IMG/VR virus record: IMGVR_UViG_3300044568_004364
Origin: a virus
Direction: 5' to 3' (one strand)
Length of the DNA stretch: 64,000 nucleotides
The notes beneath the pieces were generated by a model that saw only the letters and a program-made list of their open reading frames with translations, did not search any database and was not told where the DNA came from. The stretch's first letter is position 1, and each line of letters starts with the position of its first letter. Position numbers and translations under genes: made by a program. Shown piece after piece: positions 39,461-45,663 of the stretch.

Positions 39461-39549
39461 TGGCGGAAGCAGAGGGACTCGAACCCCCGAGGGCTTTATA
39501 GGCCCCAGCTGTTTTCAAGACAGTGTCCTCGACCAGCCGGACTACTTCC
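39461..39549 (-). tRNA. tRNA-Ser(TGA)
   Basis: Cloverleaf, long variable arm, G73-CCA. Confidence 0.9.
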
Positions 39550-39558
39550 ATAAAATTT

Positions 39559-39635
39559 TGGTACACAGGGTGGGACTCGAACCCACAAAACCTTGCTTCT
39601 AAGGCAAGTACGTAAACCAATTCCGTCACCTGTGC
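39559..39635 (-). tRNA. tRNA-Leu(TAG), short variable arm
   Basis: CTTGC-CTTAGAA-GCAAG; A73-CCA. Confidence 0.88.
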
Positions 39636-39637
39636 AT

Positions 39638-39957
39638 TGGTGGAGACGACGGGAGTTGAACCCGTGTCCATGACGTGTGCGATTATACAATCTACAACTT
39701 ATTCTCATTTATTCAGACGAGACTCTTAGACACTTATCGTTGTGTCACGACAGCGTTATTCACAATGCTGTACAAATAGATACCGTTCGTGGTATCAACT
39801 ATCCTATGCCGTGCGAATGACAATATAGGAGTCATGTCATTCGACTCACTTAAGCAGCGAGAGCAAGTGTATTTTTGCCGTTTAGTTTTTTGACGAAGGG
39901 AGTCACCCGTGTGTTGCAATATAATCTCTCATGTCATGTCGAAACCATGACATCCCC
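39638..39957 (-). ncRNA. ssrA: tmRNA, tag peptide (A)GKNTLALAA
   Basis: 5' GGGGATG...TTCGAC; 3' GACACGGGTTCAACTCCCGTCGTCTCCACCA; G3:U70 pair; tag frame 39879-39850 ends LAA*. Confidence 0.93.
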
Positions 39958-39964
39958 ATTAAAA

Positions 39965-40528
39965 TTAATTATTTCGATTTTTCCAAACTTTTGCCGCGCG
40001 GAAAAGATGTGCTCCAACTTCATCATGCAGACGATCATCAAATCCCATTCCACCAAACCCGCCATAAATCATATAGTTTGATAGTGTGAAAAACAATTCT
40101 TCCAATTCATCTTCATCTATATCTTCTGCAGCTGCCATTATTTTACGAACAAGTGGATATGTTGGAGTTTTAAGAGCTTCATCAATTGTTTCTTCAACAA
40201 GATCTACTTTCTGATTTTTTTCAAAAGGAACTACGGTTGTATAGTTTCCAGCTTTTACACGTATGTTTACCAGTTTCCCAGGATGAGTTTTTGAATCCAT
40301 TGCGTCATCTGTCGCAATAACAGTATATGCTTTTGAGATGTCTACACCTTTTCCTGGGATTTTTAGATTTGCTTTAAAAGAGTCGCCCTTCTTAATGTCT
40401 TTTGCAATTTTAGTGTTGGACATTTCTTGGAGCTCAACTGTTTCATCTAATTGAGTGCATCCTGTTAAGATCTTTGTGGCCGCAGCTATAAGCGGATCGT
40501 TTTTAATGTTTGTGAAGTTTTCTTTCAT
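39965..40528 (-). CDS. Hypothetical protein, probable internal head protein
   Basis: Shares the N-terminus M.ENFTNIKNDPL.AAA.KI with 40537-40827; LDE/LQE sites. Confidence 0.7.
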   Translation of the reverse strand: MKENFTNIKNDPLIAAATKILTGCTQLDETVELQEMSNTKIAKDIKKGDSFKANLKIPGKGVDISKAYTVIATDDAMDSKTHPGKLVNIRVKAGNYTTVVPFEKNQKVDLVEETIDEALKTPTYPLVRKIMAAAEDIDEDELEELFFTLSNYMIYGGFGGMGFDDRLHDEVGAHLFRAAKVWKNRNN

Positions 40529-40536
40529 ATCTGTAT

Positions 40537-40827
40537 TTATTTATTTGGTCTTTTAGAAAAACGTTCTGCTGCTTTTTTAAGAAATAGCGCAGTTTCAATA
40601 TAATCATCATCTCCGTCGCGTTGGCCATTCCATTGAGTCATATATTCAAGACCATATAACAAATCTTCAAATTCCTTGGCGTCAAGCTTTGTAATTCCAG
40701 ATAGTAATTTAACTGCAGCTGGTGTTTTTGCTATACGTGAATCAGCTTCATGCAATTGACTGCCTATGATTTTTGCGGCGGCGGCTACAAGCGGATCGTT
40801 TTTAATGTTTGTAAAGTTTTCAGTCAT
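40537..40827 (-). CDS. Hypothetical protein, paralogue of 39965-40528
   Basis: Near-identical first 21 aa and similar C-terminal helix pattern. Confidence 0.7.
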   Translation of the reverse strand: MTENFTNIKNDPLVAAAAKIIGSQLHEADSRIAKTPAAVKLLSGITKLDAKEFEDLLYGLEYMTQWNGQRDGDDDYIETALFLKKAAERFSKRPNK

Positions 40828-40853
40828 ATTGTTATTTATCTATTTATAAAAAT

Positions 40854-40927
40854 TGGTAGCCCATGCTGGTATCGAACCAACTTCTCACGGGTCAAAGCCG
40901 TGTGCATTACCTTTATGCTAATGGGCA
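40854..40927 (-). tRNA. tRNA-Gln(TTG)
   Basis: CACGG-CTTTGAC-CCGTG; CCA. Confidence 0.88.
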
Positions 40928-40929
40928 AT

Positions 40930-41004
40930 TGGAGTTGCGTGTGTGAATCGAACACACCAAGACGAGATTTGCAATCTCGCGCCTAACCATTTGGCTTACG
41001 CAAC
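40930..41004 (-). tRNA. tRNA-Cys(GCA)
   Basis: CGAGA-TTGCAAA-TCTCG; U73-CCA. Confidence 0.9.
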
Positions 41005-41009
41005 AAAAA

Positions 41010-41099
41010 TGGCGGAGACAGCAGGATTTGAACCTGCGCAACCGATCAAGGTTGACTACTGTTTAGCAAACAGCTACATTACCACTCTGTCATATCTCC
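41010..41099 (-). tRNA. tRNA-Ser(GCT)
   Basis: Long variable arm, G73-CCA. Confidence 0.9.
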
Positions 41100-41102
41100 G
41101 TA

Positions 41103-41176
41103 TGGTAAGGGATGAAGGTAACGCTCCCTCGTATATTGCGTGTAAAGCAATCGTTCTACTTTTGAACTAATCCCCC
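41103..41176 (-). tRNA. tRNA-Val(TAC)
   Basis: ATTGC-TTTACAC-GCAAT; non-canonical T-loop; CCA. Confidence 0.82.
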
Positions 41177-41192
41177 ATTATAAAAATTTGAA

Positions 41193-41271
41193 GGCCCGTT
41201 AACATCAACACTTTGGAGATATTGACATGCGAGTTCAACCGACGGGCCAAGCGGTTTAGACACCCTCTCGC
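41193..41271 (-). ncRNA. Unannotated pseudoknotted RNA
   Basis: GCGAG/CTCGC, AACCG/CGGTT, loop GGCCCGT pairing with 3' ACGGGCC, plus an intervening hairpin. Confidence 0.5.
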
Positions 41272-41276
41272 AAAAA

Positions 41277-41287
41277 TGGTGCACTCT
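41277..41287 (-). pseudogene. 3' remnant (AGAGTGC-A-CCA) of the disrupted tRNA-Arg(ACG)
   Basis: Exact complement of the 5' acceptor strand GCACTCT at 42285-42279. Confidence 0.8.
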
Positions 41288-41344
41288 CAATTCATCAGTT
41301 TATTATATATTATGTACATTTATTTTAAATTATATAATACAAAA

Positions 41345-41419
41345 TGGTGGCCTGTTGAGGAATCGAACCTCAATTTGGAGTTTCGTAAACTCTCGTCTTA
41401 TCCATTGGACCAACAGGCC
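41345..41419 (-). tRNA. tRNA-Arg(ACG), intact, inside the HNH insertion
   Basis: GGCCTGT/ACAGGCC; AGAGT-TTACGAA-ACTCC; CCA; starts 5 nt after the HNH stop. Confidence 0.88.
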
Positions 41420-41424
41420 TTTTT

Positions 41425-42198
41425 TTATTTATGTCTTCCAAATTTCCATCCATCAGGAGGTAATTCATTTTTTTCAATACGTGCAGATTTTGTTCCATTG
41501 TTAATCCAAACAGTATCAACACTTGAAAATTTCATATTACCAGAATCAATTTGTTTACGCATTCGAATTTTAGCCGAATCAGAAAGTTTTTTTCTAGTTT
41601 TTTTATCTAGTGTTTTACCTTTTCTATTTTTTATTTTTAATAAATGAAGACATTCAGATGAGCACGTTTTATATGTCTTAGAACATTTAAGCTTTAAAAA
41701 AGTACAATTACATATAACACATGTAAAAATTATTTCTATATTTTTCCACTTATTTCTTCCTAAAATCCATCCTTCTGGTATTTTGTCTTCTTTTAATATT
41801 TTTTTATTTTCTTGTAATTCAATATTGCACATCCAACGAGTTCCATATTGTGAATTGCACTCACCACTTTGAGAAATTTTCATACGTTTTGATGCCAATT
41901 TAGAGTGATGTTTTCGAATTTCTTCATACAGACGAGAATTCTTAATATAGGATATACTGCGCTCTTCACATCGCATCGCCATCATATGGCATGCATGAAT
42001 TGTTTGACTATTCTTATGAATCTTATAAAGAAGGATGTGGGCGATCCAATGTTCTCTTCCAGTTAAAACTACTAGATTAGAAGTATCATCAGATCCGCCC
42101 ATTGATTTCATCAAGATATGGTGCTTTTCAGTATATCCAGTTGCCGGATTATTTTGTCGATATGAAATTAGATTATCGTAAATACGTTGGTAGTTCAT
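41425..42198 (-). CDS. Free-standing HNH homing endonuclease (MobE-like)
   Basis: MNYQRIYDNLI..YTEKHHI..SMGGSD..SNLV.LT.REH..AH.LL; two W.N...ENK/SAR..P.GW..GR repeats; own TATAAATA at 42204-42211. Confidence 0.9.
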   Translation of the reverse strand: MNYQRIYDNLISYRQNNPATGYTEKHHILMKSMGGSDDTSNLVVLTGREHWIAHILLYKIHKNSQTIHACHMMAMRCEERSISYIKNSRLYEEIRKHHSKLASKRMKISQSGECNSQYGTRWMCNIELQENKKILKEDKIPEGWILGRNKWKNIEIIFTCVICNCTFLKLKCSKTYKTCSSECLHLLKIKNRKGKTLDKKTRKKLSDSAKIRMRKQIDSGNMKFSSVDTVWINNGTKSARIEKNELPPDGWKFGRHK

Positions 42199-42226
42199 AA
42201 ATGTATTTATACAAATGTGAACTTTA

Positions 42227-42285
42227 CGAACCCCGGACCTCACGGTTCGTAGCCGTGTGCTCTGATCCAGCTGAGCTAAGAGTGC
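42227..42285 (-). pseudogene. 5' part of tRNA-Arg(ACG), interrupted in the T-loop
   Basis: GCACTCTTAGCTCAGCTGGATCAGAGCACACGG-CTACGAA-CCGTGAGGTCCGGGGTTCG, then unrelated AT-rich sequence. Confidence 0.85.
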
Positions 42286-42342
42286 ATAAAAAAAAGACTG
42301 CAAGATGCAGCCTCTTTCCGTTAAAGTTATTCTTGTTAAGAT

Positions 42343-43035
42343 TTAAAATTTTGCGGCAACTTGTACTGCTTTAGCAATATCTTTGAATTTATTGTTATCA
42401 TCTGCTTTAATTAGCACACCTTCAGAACTAAATGAAGAATATTTTGACCAAGGCGTACTGCCATCACCTGTGTTTATGAGACCAGATGGTAACTTGACAA
42501 ATCTCTTTGCACCATCTTTATAAACTACGCAACCAGAACCACAATAGATCATGTCATTAACTGGCTGACCGTTTACTGCTTCAGCATCTTTATTATTTGC
42601 TTTAAGACCGCCGTCAATCATTGGCTCGCCAATACGATCTTCATTTGCAGCTAAAAAGCTATCATAATTGTGTGGTCCCTTTTTAGTCCAAACTGTAATA
42701 TTTGGATCAGATTGGCCACTTGCTTCGTGTAGCCCAGGCATTGCCAAAATAGCTTTCTTAAGATCACCAAGTTTAACCTTAGCACTAAAACCATCTTTAT
42801 CAATTAATCCACCCTTTACAGTCTTGTCTTTATATACAAGTTCGGAACCGTCAAAGTAAAGATTTTTTGAACCGCCAGTAGCAGCTTTAATCTTTGGATC
42901 CTTCACAAGATGCGTAATGATTTCAGTTTCACTCTCAAAGTCAGAGAGTGTTGAAGCGTCATTGAGTGTATATTCTTTCACTGCTGCTTCAGATAGCAAG
43001 AAATTCTTTGCGATGTTAATTAGACCGTCTTTCAT
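42343..43035 (-). CDS. Hypothetical protein, probable internal head protein
   Basis: Start MKDGLINIAKNFLLSE (the longer track ORF overlaps tRNA-Trp); TATAAATA upstream; LHE site. Confidence 0.7.
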   Translation of the reverse strand: MKDGLINIAKNFLLSEAAVKEYTLNDASTLSDFESETEIITHLVKDPKIKAATGGSKNLYFDGSELVYKDKTVKGGLIDKDGFSAKVKLGDLKKAILAMPGLHEASGQSDPNITVWTKKGPHNYDSFLAANEDRIGEPMIDGGLKANNKDAEAVNGQPVNDMIYCGSGCVVYKDGAKRFVKLPSGLINTGDGSTPWSKYSSFSSEGVLIKADDNNKFKDIAKAVQVAAKF

Positions 43036-43069
43036 AATAGTTATATGTTTATTTATAATAATTGATTTT

Positions 43070-43145
43070 TGGCACGGAGAGTGAGAATCGAACTCACCCA
43101 ACAAGATTTGGAGTCTCGTTCGCCAGCCTTGGGACATGCCTCCGC
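43070..43145 (-). tRNA. tRNA-Trp(CCA)
   Basis: CGAGA-CTCCAAA-TCTTG; G73-CCA; irregular D-arm. Confidence 0.8.
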
Positions 43146-43166
43146 ATAATCATATTTATAATAAAA

Positions 43167-43243
43167 TGGTACGCCCACTCGGATTCTAACCGAGGATCTA
43201 TCCATTATGAGTGGATTGCTTTGGAACGCTAAGCTATAGGCGT
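43167..43243 (-). tRNA. tRNA-Met/Ile2(CAT)
   Basis: ATCCA-CTCATAA-TGGAT; CCA. Confidence 0.8.
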
Positions 43244-43253
43244 ATTTGAAAAT

Positions 43254-43333
43254 TGGTACTCCTGATGGGGGATTGAACCCATGACCTCCCACTTATAAGG
43301 CGGGTGCTCTGACCACGACTGAGCTACAGGAGC
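43254..43333 (-). tRNA. tRNA-Ile(TAT)
   Basis: CCCGC-CTTATAA-GTGGG; A73-CCA; T-arm has an extra C. Confidence 0.8.
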
Positions 43334-43337
43334 ATTA

Positions 43338-43412
43338 TGGTCCACACTGACCGTAACGATCGGTCCTCTCAAGATTTTCAGTCTTGTGCTAATCCATCTC
43401 AGCTAAGTGTGG
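43338..43412 (-). tRNA. tRNA-Phe(GAA)
   Basis: CAAGA-CTGAAAA-TCTTG; CCA. Confidence 0.85.
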
Positions 43413-43419
43413 AGAAAGT

Positions 43420-43494
43420 TGGTAGACGTTCTGGGTAATGCTCCCAGTTCTCATGGTTAAAAGCCATGTGCTTCACTATTAAAGCTTAACGTCC
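43420..43494 (-). tRNA. tRNA-Lys(TTT)
   Basis: CATGG-CTTTTAA-CCATG; CCA. Confidence 0.82.
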
Positions 43495-43498
43495 GTTA

Positions 43499-43575
43499 TG
43501 GTACGACTAGAAGGATTTGAACCTTCGACCCCAGCTTTATCAAAGCTGTGCTCTGACCATCTGAGCTATAGTCGT
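43499..43575 (-). tRNA. tRNA-Ile(GAT)
   Basis: CAGCT-TTGATAA-AGCTG; CCA. Confidence 0.9.
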
Positions 43576-43585
43576 ATTAAAAAAG

Positions 43586-43658
43586 TGGAGATGACAGAAC
43601 TCGAATCTGCAACATCCTGCGTGCAAGGCAAGCGCTCTACCAATTGAGCTACATCCCC
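43586..43658 (-). tRNA. tRNA-Ala(TGC), no encoded CCA
   Basis: GGGGATG with G3:U70; loop CTTGCAC. Confidence 0.88.
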
Positions 43659-43667
43659 TTTGAAGTT

Positions 43668-43746
43668 TGGTGGTTGTGATAGGATTTGAACCTATATACT
43701 TAGACTTATGAAATCTACTTCTTACCAAGTCGAAATTCACACAACC
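43668..43746 (-). tRNA. tRNA-Met/Ile2(CAT), divergent D-arm
   Basis: GGTTGTG/CACAACC; TAGAT-TTCATAA-GTCTA; CCA. Confidence 0.7.
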
Positions 43747-43754
43747 ATTGAAAA

Positions 43755-43832
43755 TGGTCAGAGAGGCAGGATTTGAACCTGCGTTGTTCCTAGTTCCAAA
43801 CTAGGTGTGTTAGACCGCTCCACCACCCTCTG
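43755..43832 (-). tRNA. tRNA-Pro(TGG)
   Basis: C1:G72, A73; CCTAG-TTTGGAA-CTAGG. Confidence 0.9.
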
Positions 43833-43845
43833 ATAAAAATTAAGT

Positions 43846-44193
43846 TGAAACACTTCTGCAAGATATACATACTCTTCGTCCGAAGACTTCAGCCATCACG
43901 CTGGTGGAAGAGCCCGTCCCTATGTTTCATGAGCCCGTTTAGGTAAATTAGAACTAGACTGTAGATTGAAGCCTACACTTCTCACGTACTGTCGTGAGGT
44001 CCTTAACGCTTAGACGAAGTCTAGTAAATTGGATGACACACGCTGAAGTTTGAGAGGCAGAAATTTGTTCAAGTATCCGGTCTTGTCGAGATATTGTTTT
44101 GTTTCGGTCTAAAAGACTTACTCCGTAAATCCGCACTCGCAGTCACCCTCTCTTATGGTCTCGTAAATTACATCAGCTAGACCGTCTGTGTCA
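43846..44193 (-). ncRNA. Block of three unannotated structured RNAs, including a tRNA-like element at 43949-44025
   Basis: Closing stems TGACACA/TGTGTCA-TCCA, ACTAGAC/GTCTAGT and TGAAACA/TGTTTCA. Confidence 0.5.
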
Positions 44194-44197
44194 AAAT

Positions 44198-44271
44198 TGG
44201 TACGCCATGTGGGAGTCGAACCCACGCCTCGAACTTGGAAGGATCACGTGCTACCGTAACACTTATAGCGC
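44198..44271 (-). tRNA. tRNA-Gly(TCC)
   Basis: Loop CTTCCAA; imperfect anticodon stem; A73-CCA. Confidence 0.8.
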
Positions 44272-44280
44272 TTTTGAAAA

Positions 44281-44356
44281 TGGCTCCCGAGGCACGACTC
44301 GAACGTGCAACATCTGAGTTAACAGCTCAGCGCATCTACCATTGAGCTACTCGGGA
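44281..44356 (-). tRNA. tRNA-Asn(GTT)
   Basis: TCCCGAG/CTCGGGA-G-CCA; loop CTGTTAA. Confidence 0.9.
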
Positions 44357-44535
44357 GTTGAAAATTGGTATGTCCATAGCATTGCGGCCTACGACTCACT
44401 TAGGACTGAAGCTAGCTACTGAAGATCGTAGCGATCTTTAATTATGATACACTGACATTATCTTCAGCACGGAATTTCAAGCCTGTATGCATACACATAT
44501 GCACCTAACTCACCGAATAGTATCATAATTGAAAT

Positions 44536-44612
44536 TGGAGCCTCCTATCCGACTTGAACGGATAACCTGCTCATTACAAATGAGCTGCTACTGCCAATTG
44601 AGCTAAGGAGGC
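44536..44612 (-). tRNA. tRNA-Thr(TGT)
   Basis: GCTCA-TTTGTAA-TGAGC; CCA. Confidence 0.9.
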
Positions 44613-44722
44613 ATTAAAGAAAGTGGATTTGAGCAGTCAGGTTGTCATCCTGATAGTGACTAGCCAGAGAATGGAGGAGTTGAACCTCCTTTTACTTAGT
44701 CCGAGTTCTCGCTGCTCAAAAA

Positions 44723-44798
44723 TGGTCCGCGGTCATGGACTTGCACCATATTCGCTGCCGTCACAAGGCAGGACATTACTACATATGCTAACCTCGGA
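44723..44798 (-). tRNA. tRNA-His(GTG), atypical U-1/A73
   Basis: CTGCC-TTGTGAC-GGCAG; acceptor CCGAGGT/ACCGCGG. Confidence 0.75.
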
Positions 44799-44804
44799 AT
44801 AAAA

Positions 44805-44893
44805 TGGTGTACGCGGTTGGAATCGAACCAACGATGTTTCTGATGAGCAGGGTTACAGTCTGCCGCCACACAACCAACAGTAGCCTCACGTAC
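44805..44893 (-). tRNA. tRNA-Tyr(GTA)
   Basis: Loop CTGTAAC, variable arm, A73-CCA. Confidence 0.85.
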
Positions 44894-44903
44894 TTTTGAA
44901 AAT

Positions 44904-44978
44904 TGGTACTGCCACGGGGAGTTGAACCCCGCTCTAATGGTTGAAAACCATTTGTCCTAACCGATAGACGATGGCAGC
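44904..44978 (-). tRNA. tRNA-Glu(TTC)
   Basis: AATGG-TTTTCAA-CCATT; CCA. Confidence 0.9.
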
Positions 44979-45154
44979 GTTGGAAAATTAGATGAACATC
45001 AAGCGAAGCAAAATACGGAATCGAACCGTCCCTCCCGTTTTCACGACGGGCGCGCAAGCCATTACACAATAATTGCCATCTTTGACTCAAGGCCTGCAAG
45101 CCTCTCTTCTCAGAGTCTCGATGTTCACTTAACGAGAGTTGCAGCTCTCAAAAT

Positions 45155-45233
45155 TGGTCTCCTAGGTGAGAGTCGAACTCACAATATCACCGCCCCTTGA
45201 AGGCAGTCGCTTTGCCAGTTTGCGTACACGGAG
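45155..45233 (-). tRNA. tRNA-Leu(CAA), with mismatched acceptor stem
   Basis: CTGCC-TTCAAGG-GGCGG; canonical T-arm; two acceptor mismatches. Confidence 0.65.
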
Positions 45234-45244
45234 GATTGAAAAAT

Positions 45245-45287
45245 TGTACGGTGTTTTCTTTGGATTCAGATCACCGAAATTCTGAAT
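45245..45287 (-). ncRNA. H-type pseudoknot motif, copy 2
   Basis: ATTCAGA-ATTTCGGTGA-TCTGAAT-CCAAAGAAAA-CACCG. Confidence 0.65.
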
Positions 45288-45479
45288 AATCATTGCATTC
45301 GTAATAGCTGCAGCGTTAACCACAGTTACAATAGTAACGAAATTAGTACTGCCACGGGGGAGTTGAAATGGGAGTGTACGCAGAACCTTCTACTGCAACA
45401 TGGGTTTGTAAGCCACTATCAACGCACGATACACTGGCATGCTGTTGGTATTCTCTCAATATGAATATTGAGATTAAAT

Positions 45480-45554
45480 TGGTTGCGGCGGGTGGGATTC
45501 GAACCCACGTGCACGGCTTATGAGACCGTTGAGTTACCTCTACTCTACCCCGCG
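45480..45554 (-). tRNA. Initiator-type tRNA-fMet(CAT)
   Basis: 5' CGCGGGG with C1:A72 mismatch; loop CTCATAA; CCA. Confidence 0.85.
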
Positions 45555-45620
45555 ATTGAAAATCTTAACTGTAACGGTATCACAGTCATGCTCCGATGGG
45601 ACTACCCATACTGTTGAAAA

Positions 45621-45663
45621 TGTTCGGTCTTTTCTTTTACATCAGGCGACCGACACCCTGATG
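45621..45663 (-). ncRNA. H-type pseudoknot motif, copy 1
   Basis: CATCAGG-GTGTCGGTCG-CCTGATG-TAAAAGAAAA-GACCG. Confidence 0.65.

Noticed and set aside
41288-42226. Self-splicing intron in tRNA-Arg
   Set aside because: No group I or II core is visible, the insert is filled by an ORF and a tRNA, and the 3' T-stem is lost, so splicing could not restore the tRNA.
44440-44530. Hammerhead ribozyme (CTGAAGA and GAAA present)
   Set aside because: The motifs are only 7 nt apart and cannot accommodate the required stems.
45155-45233. Opal suppressor tRNA (reading CTTCAAG as a TCA anticodon loop)
   Set aside because: Stem pairing CTGCC/GGCGG centres the loop on CAA; the TCA register does not pair.
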